Source: an uncultured Acidimicrobiales bacterium
GTDB lineage: Bacteria > Actinomycetota > Acidimicrobiia > Acidimicrobiales > VFJN01
DNA length: 64,000 nt
NCBI GenBank assembly: GCA_963842015.1
Contig: CAWJFG010000016.1
Span: 11,059-75,058 of the forward strand
Direction of reading: 5' to 3'
In this document: positions 37,131 through 45,246 of the stretch, piece by piece
Layout of the letters: every line of letters begins with the position of its first letter
Numbering within the stretch: the first letter of the stretch is position 1
Program-made: the position numbers and the translations under genes
The notes under the pieces: model-generated
Databases searched by the model: none
Seen by the model: only the letters and a program-made list of their open reading frames with translations
What the model was told of the DNA's origin: nothing

Positions 37131-39221
37131 TCACAGCGCGGCGTCGGGCGGCAGCTCGGGGATCGCGGGTCCTTCGGAGGCCGGGGGCCGGTGCGGGGGC
37201 GCCAGCGGGTTGGGTTCGGCGGCGATGGCGTCGAGCAGGGCCTGCCCGAGCCAGGCGTCGGCCACCTCGTACGCGGTCTGCAGCGTGAAGTGCACGCCGT
37301 CGGCGCGCAGGTCGTCGTCCATCTCGCCGCCCGGCTGGCCCGCGAGGTAGCCCGGCAGGTCGACGGTCACCGCACCCTGGCGCTCGTCGGCCACCCGTTG
37401 CACGATCTCGTTGAGGCGATCCATCCGGGCGGGGTCGGACTCGGGGTAGGGGTCCTCGGGCGGCGGTTCCTCGTTGGCGCCGATGTCGATGTGTGGCGCC
37501 AACACCCACACGACGACCAGGCCCTGGTCCATGAAGGCGTCGGTCACGGCCGCGAACTCGTGGGCGAGGAAGTCGTCGTAGACCGGATCACCCGGGGCGC
37601 GCCACTCGTCGTCTCCGGGGAGCCGGCGGTCGGTGACCTCCCACGGCCCGGTCTGGATCACCGCGAAGTCGAGGTGCCCGTAGGCGTCGCGGATCCGTTG
37701 CGCCTCGGAGGGGATGGTGTCGACCCAGGCCTCGCACCCCGCGGGCACGGTTCCGACATCGCCTCGCGACCGTCGTTCGCCGCCGCGCGACACCGAGCAG
37801 CCGAGGGCTCCTGTGAGGTTGGCGGGCGGCAACACGAGGGCCTCGGTCTCGTTGCCCCACGCGCTGAGGCCCAGGCCGGTCTGCAGCATCGTCGAGTCGC
37901 CGAAGGCCATGCCGATCTGAGCGTCGGCCGGGACCTGGGGCGGGTAGAGGAACTTGGTGTCGTCGTAGAGCGCCTGGACCTGCTCGTCGATGCCGTCGCT
38001 CGGTTCGGGAGGCACGACCACCCCGACCACCGTCACGAGCACGACCGCCCCGCCCGCGACCGCGGCCATGGGCACCCGGGGCAGCGACCACCCGCGCCGG
38101 ATGGGCAATTCGAGCAGGAAGTACGACACCGTCGCCACCGCCAGCGTGACCGCGAGGCGCACGCCGAACAGGGGCACCCGGTCGAGGCCCGTGCGCTGGC
38201 CGTCGAGCACCAGGAAGATCGGCCAGTGCACGAGGTAGACGCCGTAGGAGATGAGGCCGAGCAGCCGCAGCGGCTCGATGGCGAGGGCGCGCCGTACCGG
38301 CCCCGGCACGCAGGCCGCCAGCACGAGCGTGCCCGACAGCAGGGCGTACACCAGGAGCCCGCCGCGCGAGATGAAGGGCGTCTCCTGTTCGAGGTTCCAC
38401 CAGCACCACACCATCGCGACGAGGGCGATGACCCCCGCGACGGCGGCCAGGCGTGGCACGGCGCGGAGGCCGGTGAGCCCGACCGACACGGCCACCGCCA
38501 GCAGCGACCCGACCAGGATCTCGCCCATGCGGGTGTAGGTGGCGTAGTAGACGGTGGTGCTCTCGCTGAACCCGAGCATGGCCGTCGCCACGGCCGACAC
38601 GGCCAGCAGTGCGGCCAGCACCCCGGCGTAGACCTTCACCGAGCCGCGGCCGACCAGGAACACGCCGGCGCTGAGCAGCGGGAACAGCCAGTAGAACTGC
38701 TCCTCGATCGCCAACGACCAGAAGTGCAGCACCGGCGACGGCGAGGCGAAGAGGTCGGCGTAGCTCTGGTCGTCGAACAGGAAGCGCCAGTTGGCGACCT
38801 GGAGCCCCGAGGCCACGATGTCGCCCGAGAGCCCCTCGGTGCGGAGGTCGACGAACACCAGCGACCCGAACGCGACCGCCAGGAGCGTGACCACCGAGGC
38901 GGGGAACAACCGCCGCAGCCGCCGGGCCCAGAAGGCGCCGAGCGAGATGCGTCCGTTGGCGCCGTGCTCGCCGAGGAGCAGGGACGTGATCAGGAAGCCC
39001 GACAGCGTGAAGAACGTGGACACCCCGAGGTAGCCGCCCCGGGCCCACGGGAAACCGGCGTGGAAGAGCAGGACGACGCCGACGGCGATCCCGCGGATGC
39101 CGTCGAGGGCCGGGTTGTAGCTGAGGCGCCACCCGCGGGCCGCGGACCGCTCGACCGGGCGCTCGCCACCGGTCTCGTCGACCCCGGGGGGCCGCTCGAT
39201 CACGTTGGTCGCTTCGTCCAT
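37131..39221 (-). CDS. Acyltransferase-3 (OafA/YrhL-like) membrane protein with a C-terminal SGNH domain
   Basis: From ATG 39221 the motifs include NPALDGIRGIAVGVVLLFH, YLGVSTFFTLSGFLIT and HFWSLAIEEQFY. About 10 TM segments follow, then an SGNH-like tail. Confidence 0.85.
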   Translation of the reverse strand: MDEATNVIERPPGVDETGGERPVERSAARGWRLSYNPALDGIRGIAVGVVLLFHAGFPWARGGYLGVSTFFTLSGFLITSLLLGEHGANGRISLGAFWARRLRRLFPASVVTLLAVAFGSLVFVDLRTEGLSGDIVASGLQVANWRFLFDDQSYADLFASPSPVLHFWSLAIEEQFYWLFPLLSAGVFLVGRGSVKVYAGVLAALLAVSAVATAMLGFSESTTVYYATYTRMGEILVGSLLAVAVSVGLTGLRAVPRLAAVAGVIALVAMVWCWWNLEQETPFISRGGLLVYALLSGTLVLAACVPGPVRRALAIEPLRLLGLISYGVYLVHWPIFLVLDGQRTGLDRVPLFGVRLAVTLAVATVSYFLLELPIRRGWSLPRVPMAAVAGGAVVLVTVVGVVVPPEPSDGIDEQVQALYDDTKFLYPPQVPADAQIGMAFGDSTMLQTGLGLSAWGNETEALVLPPANLTGALGCSVSRGGERRSRGDVGTVPAGCEAWVDTIPSEAQRIRDAYGHLDFAVIQTGPWEVTDRRLPGDDEWRAPGDPVYDDFLAHEFAAVTDAFMDQGLVVVWVLAPHIDIGANEEPPPEDPYPESDPARMDRLNEIVQRVADERQGAVTVDLPGYLAGQPGGEMDDDLRADGVHFTLQTAYEVADAWLGQALLDAIAAEPNPLAPPHRPPASEGPAIPELPPDAAL

Positions 39222-39333
39222 CAATGGCCCCCAGTGCCACGGCTCGCCGCGAGCCGGTGCCCGGGCCGAGATGGCAGACGGGGACGCGGCGAGGCACCCC
39301 GTCCCCGCGCCGAGAGTAGTCGGGAGGTGGGGG

Positions 39334-40512
39334 TCAGACCGAGAGCAGGATGGCGTCGCCCTGGCCGCCGCCACCGCACAGCGCGGCGGCCCCGAGGCCC
39401 CCGCCGCGGCGCTTGAGCTCGTGCAGCATCGTGAGCGCCACCCGGGTCCCGGACATGCCGACCGGGTGGCCGAGGGCGATGGCGCCGCCGTTGACGTTCA
39501 CCACGTCGTCGGAGATGCCGAGGTCCTGCATCGAGGCGAGGCCGACGGCGGCGAAGGCCTCGTTGAGCTCGAACAGGTCGACGTCGCCGACCGAGCGGCC
39601 CGCGGACTCGAGGGCGGCGTTGATGGCCCGCGACGGCTGCGTCAGCAGCGACGGGTCGGGGCCGGCGACCTGCCCGTACCCGACGACCTCGCCGAGGGTG
39701 TCGAGACCCAGGCGCTCGGCGACGGCCTTGGACGTCACGATCACGGCGGCGGCGCCGTCGGAGATCTGCGAGGCGTTGCCGGCCGTGATGTTCCCGGCCT
39801 TGTCGAACGCCGGGCGCAGCCCGCCCAGGGACTCGACCGTGGTGCCGGGGCGCACGCCCTCGTCGGTGTCGACCACGACGGGGTCGCCCCTGCGCTGGGG
39901 GACCTCGACCGGGACGATCTCGTCGGCGAAGCGGCCCTCCTTGATGGCCGCGGCGGCCCGCTCGTGCGACTTGGCCGCCAGGTCGTCCTGCGGGGCCCGC
40001 TCGAGGCCGGCGGAGGCCGCGTACTTCTCGGTGCCGGCACCCATGGCCACCTGGTCGAACGCACAGAACAGGCCGTCGTACATCATCGAGTCGACGACCG
40101 ACTTGTCGCCGAGGCGGTAGCCCTCACGTGCCCCCGGCAGCAGGTAGGGAGCCTGGGTCATCGACTCCATCCCGCCGGCGACGACGATCTCGGCCGCCCC
40201 TGCCTGGATCATGAGGTCGGCCAGGTAGATCGTGTTGAGGCCCGACAGGCACACCTTGTTGACCGTCGTGGCGGGCACGGTCATGGGGATGCCGGCGTTG
40301 GCCGCGGCCTGGCGGGCGGTGATCTGACCGGTACCGGCCTGCAGCACCTGGCCCATGAACACGTAGTCGACCTGGTCGGGGCTGACGCCCGCCCGGTCGA
40401 GGGCGGCCTTGATGGCGAACCCGCCCAGGTCGGTGGCGGCGAAGCCCCCGAGGGCCCCCGACAGCTTGCCGATGGGCGTCCGGGCACCGGCGATGATCAC
40501 GGAACCGGCCAT
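39334..40512 (-). CDS. Acetyl-CoA C-acetyltransferase (thiolase)
   Basis: From ATG 40512 it reads MAGSVIIAGARTPIGK. Motifs include NKVCLSGLN, NEAFA and CGGGGQG. Confidence 0.95.
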   Translation of the reverse strand: MAGSVIIAGARTPIGKLSGALGGFAATDLGGFAIKAALDRAGVSPDQVDYVFMGQVLQAGTGQITARQAAANAGIPMTVPATTVNKVCLSGLNTIYLADLMIQAGAAEIVVAGGMESMTQAPYLLPGAREGYRLGDKSVVDSMMYDGLFCAFDQVAMGAGTEKYAASAGLERAPQDDLAAKSHERAAAAIKEGRFADEIVPVEVPQRRGDPVVVDTDEGVRPGTTVESLGGLRPAFDKAGNITAGNASQISDGAAAVIVTSKAVAERLGLDTLGEVVGYGQVAGPDPSLLTQPSRAINAALESAGRSVGDVDLFELNEAFAAVGLASMQDLGISDDVVNVNGGAIALGHPVGMSGTRVALTMLHELKRRGGGLGAAALCGGGGQGDAILLSV

Positions 40513-40764
40513 GGTGGTGCTTCCCCCCGAGGTGAGGTCGGTACGAACGAAACCGAGGCTACCCAGGGCCCGGCGGGTTCCCGAAACCCGGCGGCCCCGC
40601 CCGGTCGTGGTCCGGCCGGGCCGCCCGGGTGCCCGGTGGCCGAGCGTGGAATACTTTCCCGCGGTCCCTGGTGGCTCCCCGCGGGGCAGCGCCGAGGGCT
40701 GGGGACGCCGCCTGCCGCCCGCGGACGGCCGGCCGCCGGAGGAGACGGTGACATCGCAGTCGAG

Positions 40765-41967
40765 GTGACCGAGGCATCGCGGCCACGAGAGCCGGCCGCG
40801 ACCGCACCAGACGGGGCGCCCGCGCCCGCGGAACGGATCGCGTACCAGCCGGGCATCGACGGGCTGCGGGCCCTGGCCCTGCTGGCGATCTTCGTGGTCC
40901 ACGCCGACATGGGTCTCGCCTCGGGCGCGTTCCTGGCGGTGTCGACGTTCTTCACCCTGTCGGGCTTCCTCATCACGAGCCTGCTCGTGATCGAGCACCG
41001 CAACAACGGGCGCGTCGACCTGCGCACGTTCTGGTCGCGGCGGGCGCGCCGGTTGCTGCCCGCCTCGCTGGTCGCCATCGTCGTCATCGGCCTGGCGACG
41101 GTCGTGCTCGGTGACGCCAACCAGGTGCGCAACCTGGCCGGCGACGAGCTGGGGGCGCTGACCTACGTCGCCAACTGGCACTACGTCCTGACCGACACCA
41201 CCTACGGCGCCCGCTTCGGCGGCGAGTCGCCGTTGCTGCACTTCTGGTCGTTGGCGATCGAGGAGCAGTTCTACGTGGTGTTCCCGCTGCTGGCGGCGCT
41301 GGGCCTGGCGTGGGCCCGGCGGTGGCGCGGGGGCCTCGCCGTCGTCCTCGGCGCCGGGGTGGCGTTGTCGCTGGCGGTCGGCGCCATCGGCTCGTTCCGC
41401 AACTGGGACGTCGACCGGCTGTACTTCGGCACCGACGTCCGCTCGGCCGAGCTGCTGGTCGGCGCGCTGGTGGCGCTGTGGTGGGTGCCTCGGCGCGACC
41501 GGCTGTCCGACCGGACGCACACCACCATTCGCGGCGCCGGCGCCGTGCTGGTGGTGGTGATGCTGGGCCTGATCGCCACCGCCCAGTCGACCGACATGTT
41601 CTGGTACCGGGGCGGGCTCGTGCTCTACGCCCTCGTCACGGCGACCGTCGTGCTGGCCGCGGTCGAGAGCCGCGGTCCGGTGCGGCGGGTGCTGTCGTCG
41701 CGGGTCCTCGTCTCCGTGGGCGTGGTGTCGTACGGCGCCTACCTGTTCCACTGGCCGATGTTCGTGTGGCTGCGGTCCGAGACCGGGCTGCCGGGCGGGG
41801 CGCGCCTCGTCGTCGGGACGCTGGCGTCGGTGGCGATCGCGTTCGCCTCGTACCGGCTTGATCGAGGAACCGGTCCGCCGCGGGAAGCGCTTCCCGGTGC
41901 GGGTGCTCGTCCCCACCGGAGCCGCCCTCGTGTGCCTGGCCCTGCTCGCCGGGGTCCTGGCTCCTGA
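40765..41967 (+). CDS. Acyltransferase-3 domain, paralogue of 37131-39221, cut off by a frameshift
   Basis: Motifs include QPGIDGLRALALLAIFVVH, VSTFFTLSGFLIT and HFWSLAIEEQFY. The frame leaves coding-like sequence after ..IAFASYRL near 41857. The GTG 40765 start is tentative. Confidence 0.7.
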   Translation: MTEASRPREPAATAPDGAPAPAERIAYQPGIDGLRALALLAIFVVHADMGLASGAFLAVSTFFTLSGFLITSLLVIEHRNNGRVDLRTFWSRRARRLLPASLVAIVVIGLATVVLGDANQVRNLAGDELGALTYVANWHYVLTDTTYGARFGGESPLLHFWSLAIEEQFYVVFPLLAALGLAWARRWRGGLAVVLGAGVALSLAVGAIGSFRNWDVDRLYFGTDVRSAELLVGALVALWWVPRRDRLSDRTHTTIRGAGAVLVVVMLGLIATAQSTDMFWYRGGLVLYALVTATVVLAAVESRGPVRRVLSSRVLVSVGVVSYGAYLFHWPMFVWLRSETGLPGGARLVVGTLASVAIAFASYRLDRGTGPPREALPGAGARPHRSRPRVPGPARRGPGS

Positions 41968-42820
41968 CCTCAGCTCGGCCGACGACGAGACCACGCTCGA
42001 CGAAGCCGGGGGCGAGCTCGAGCTGGCGCTCGCCCGCACTGCGGCCGCGCCCGGCGAGGCGCCCACGGTGGGCGCGTTCGGCGACTCGACCGCCCTCGTC
42101 ACGGGCCTGTCGATGGCGCGGTGGGACGACACCAACCCGGCGGTGATCTCGGTGCGGGGCTCCGCCCGGCTGGGATGCTCGATCATGAGCCCGGCCATGA
42201 TCCGTTCGGCCGGCCGCGAGTTCGCCACGCCCGACCACTGCGCCGGCTGGCAGAGCGCCTGGCACGACCAGGCGGCCGAGGGCGAGATCGACGTCGCCTG
42301 GGTCCAGTTCGGGCCGTGGGAGGTCTACGAGATGCGGCCCGAGGGCCACGACGACTTCGGCGTCATCGGCGACCCCGAGATCGACCGGACGATCGCGGAG
42401 AACCTGTCGGCCCGCATCGAGGACCTGCTCGAGCACTCGCGGGTCGTGGCCGTCGCCACGAGCCCGCACGTCGAGGTCGGACGGGTGAACGGCCGGTCGC
42501 CCGGCGTCACCGCGCCCGAGAGCGATCCCGCCCGGATGGACCGCTTGAACGAGATCATCCGCGAGGTCGCCGCCCGCTACCCGCGGGTGGCGGTCGTCGA
42601 CCTCGCCGGCTGGGTCGAGAGCATGCCCGACGACCGCAGCCGGCGTCCCGACGGGGTCCACTTCGACGAGGCGTCGGCCGAGCTGTTCAGCGACCACCTG
42701 GGCGTGACGCTGGCACGCCTCGCTCCGATCGCCGGGCACCCTGCACCGCCCGGCGACGGACTGCCGGTGCTGCAGGAGCCGACGGGCGTGCCGCCCGAGC
42801 GGCCGGCGCCCGCGGGCTGA
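41858..42820 (+). CDS. SGNH-hydrolase-like C-terminal part of the same acyltransferase (other frame)
   Basis: It begins (L)IEEPVRRGKRF, which continues ..ASYRL of the previous frame, then a TM segment, then GAFGDSTAL..DGVHFDE. Confidence 0.7.
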   Translation: MIEEPVRRGKRFPVRVLVPTGAALVCLALLAGVLAPDLSSADDETTLDEAGGELELALARTAAAPGEAPTVGAFGDSTALVTGLSMARWDDTNPAVISVRGSARLGCSIMSPAMIRSAGREFATPDHCAGWQSAWHDQAAEGEIDVAWVQFGPWEVYEMRPEGHDDFGVIGDPEIDRTIAENLSARIEDLLEHSRVVAVATSPHVEVGRVNGRSPGVTAPESDPARMDRLNEIIREVAARYPRVAVVDLAGWVESMPDDRSRRPDGVHFDEASAELFSDHLGVTLARLAPIAGHPAPPGDGLPVLQEPTGVPPERPAPAG

Positions 42821-42889
42821 TCGGGCGCGCCGGCGCACGGCGCGGCCCCGGTGGAGGCCGCCGGTTACCGCCGAGTACCTTTCCCCGCC

Positions 42890-44239
42890 ATGCAGGAGAT
42901 CCTCGAGGCCATCCAGGGGGGCGCTTCGGGCGACGAGATCGCCGCGCTGCCCATCCCCGAGAGCTACCGGGCGGCCCACGTGCTGCGCGCCGAGCAGGAC
43001 ATGTGGGAGGGCGTCCCGTCCGAGGACAAGGATCCGCGCAAGTCCCTCCACATCGGCGACGTGCCGACGCCCGAGCTGGCGCCCGACGAGGTCTACCTCG
43101 CCGTCATGGCCAGCTCGATCAACTTCAACACGGTGTGGACGTCGATCTTCGAGCCGCTGTCGACGTTCGCCTTCCTCGACCGGCTCGGCCGGGAGTCGGT
43201 GTGGGGCGCCCGCCACGCCACCGACCACCACGTGGTCGGCTCCGACGCCTCGGCCGTCGTGCTGCGGGTCGGGTCTGCCGTGCGCAACTGGAAGCCGGGC
43301 GACCGCGTGGTGGTGCACTGCAACTACGTCGACGACCAGGACCCCTCGGCCCACGACGACTCGATGCTCGCCGCCAACCAGCGCATCTGGGGCTTCGAGT
43401 CGAACTTCGGCGGCCTCGCAGACCTGTCGATCGTCAAGGCCAACCAGCTCATGCCCAAGCCGTCCCACCTCACGTGGGAGGAGTCGGCGGTCAACGGGCT
43501 GTGCGCCTCGACCAGCTACCGCATGCTCGTCGGCCGGCACGCCGCCCGCATGAAGCAGGGCGACAACGTGTTCATCTGGGGGGCCACCGGCGGCATCGGC
43601 GCCTACGCCACCCAGCTCGTGCTGAACGGGGGCGGCACGCCCATCGGCGTCGTGTCGAGCGACGACCGCGCCCGGCTGCTGAACGCCATGGGCTGCGACG
43701 ACGTGATCGACCGCAAGGCCGAGGGCTACCGGTTCTGGTCCGACGAGCACACGCAGGACGAGGGCGAGTGGCGCCGGCTCGGCAAGAAGGTGCGCTCGCT
43801 GGTGGGCGAGGACCCCGACATCGTGTTCGAGCACCCCGGCCGCCAGACGATGGGCGCCTCGGTGTTCATCACCAAGCGGGGCGGCACGATCGTCACCTGC
43901 GCCGCCACCAGCGGCTTCATGATCGAGTACGACAACCGCCACCTGTGGATGAAGCTCAAGAGCATCGTCTCGAGCCACTTCGCCAACTACCGCGAGGCGT
44001 GGGAGATGAACCGCCTGATCGACAAGGGCGCCATCCAGCCCGTCATGTCGGCGGTGTACCCGCTCGAGCAGGTCGGCGAGGCGGCGCGGGCCGTCCACCG
44101 CAACGAGGCCGAGGGCAAGCTGGCCGTGCTGTGCCTGTCGCCCGAGCCCGGCCTGGGCATCACCGACCCCGACAAGCGGGCCCGCGTCGGCGAGGACCGC
44201 ATCACCCTGTTCCAGCGCCACGCTGCCGGCCAGCTCTGA
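42890..44239 (+). CDS. ccr: Crotonyl-CoA carboxylase/reductase
   Basis: Motifs include MQEILEAI.., SSINFNTVW, IWGFESNFGGLA, IWGATGGIGAYATQL and NYREAWEMNRL. Confidence 0.9.
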   Translation: MQEILEAIQGGASGDEIAALPIPESYRAAHVLRAEQDMWEGVPSEDKDPRKSLHIGDVPTPELAPDEVYLAVMASSINFNTVWTSIFEPLSTFAFLDRLGRESVWGARHATDHHVVGSDASAVVLRVGSAVRNWKPGDRVVVHCNYVDDQDPSAHDDSMLAANQRIWGFESNFGGLADLSIVKANQLMPKPSHLTWEESAVNGLCASTSYRMLVGRHAARMKQGDNVFIWGATGGIGAYATQLVLNGGGTPIGVVSSDDRARLLNAMGCDDVIDRKAEGYRFWSDEHTQDEGEWRRLGKKVRSLVGEDPDIVFEHPGRQTMGASVFITKRGGTIVTCAATSGFMIEYDNRHLWMKLKSIVSSHFANYREAWEMNRLIDKGAIQPVMSAVYPLEQVGEAARAVHRNEAEGKLAVLCLSPEPGLGITDPDKRARVGEDRITLFQRHAAGQL

Positions 44240-44304
44240 CCCCCGGTCGCGCCGGTGGTCGCCGCGCTCGGCTGGGCCGTCGCACCCGCGCCCGGGCGCG
44301 CGAC

Positions 44305-44328
44305 GAAGGGGCCCCGGAGGGCCCCTTC
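44305..44328. terminator. Bidirectional hairpin GAAGGGGCC..GGCCCCTTC between convergent ccr and rpf
   Basis: It has a 9-bp perfect stem and a 6-nt loop. Confidence 0.6.
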
Positions 44329-44368
44329 GCTCCCAGTTCTGGTGAACCTCAGCCGCGGGGGCTGGTGA

Positions 44369-44962
44369 TCAGCGCAGCCCGAGCTGGCTGGAGCACGACG
44401 GCCAGGCGCCCCATCCCTGCGAGGCCTGCAGGTTCTCGGCCACTCGGATCTGCTCTTCGCGCGAGGCGTTGGCCGGGCTGCCCGAGCCACCGGCGGCGTT
44501 CCAGCTGCCCTGCGAGAACTGCAGGCCGCCGTAGTAGCCGTTGCCGGTGTTGATCGACCAGTCGCCGCCCGACTCGCACTGGGCAAGCTGGTCCCACACA
44601 CCGCTGCCCGAGCTGCTCGAGCCGCTCGACTCGGCGGCCGGCGCGGCCTCGGGGGCGGGCGCCGACTCCGCCTGCGACGACGAGTCGTCCGAGGACGACT
44701 GCGCGGGCTGGTAGGCGGGGGCCGCGGCGGTGGCGGAGAGGTCGATGACCTGGCCGACGAAGATCAGGTCGGGGTTGTCGATGCCGTTGCCGGCGGCGAC
44801 CTCGCGCCAGTTGTCCGGGGCGATCCGCGACAGCGTGTCGCCGGACTGGACCGTGTAGGTCGAGGCGGTGGGGCTCGCACCGGCGACGCTGCCGAAGCCG
44901 ATGACGCCGACGGTGGCCACCGCCGCGGTGGCGGCGGCGCGCTTCATTGTTCGTGAAAGCAC
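44369..44962 (-). CDS. rpf: Resuscitation-promoting factor with a LysM domain
   Basis: GGAAG lies 8 nt upstream of GTG 44962. A signal peptide is present. The LysM domain reads [13 protein letters not shown]. The Rpf domain reads [32 protein letters not shown]. Confidence 0.85.
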   Translation of the reverse strand: MLSRTMKRAAATAAVATVGVIGFGSVAGASPTASTYTVQSGDTLSRIAPDNWREVAAGNGIDNPDLIFVGQVIDLSATAAAPAYQPAQSSSDDSSSQAESAPAPEAAPAAESSGSSSSGSGVWDQLAQCESGGDWSINTGNGYYGGLQFSQGSWNAAGGSGSPANASREEQIRVAENLQASQGWGAWPSCSSQLGLR

Positions 44963-45246
44963 AGGGGTCTTCCTTCTCGGTAGGGGAGAACCCGCCCCAG
45001 CTCCACCGGCGCGCCAGATCGGCGCTCCTCGTGGTGTCCCAGCTGTTCGAAACCGACAACCTGCGGGGGTGCAGGCGCGGCGGCGATCGCGGCGGGCGAT
45101 TGCTCCCACCACCAAACACCGACCGACCACACCAGGTCAGGAGTGGCCACTACTCGCGTTCAGTACGCGCGACACTCTCTCGCAACAATCGTCACATGTC
45201 TGTCATGTGACGCACAGGGGTCGAGAAGCTCTCAGGATGACGGAGG

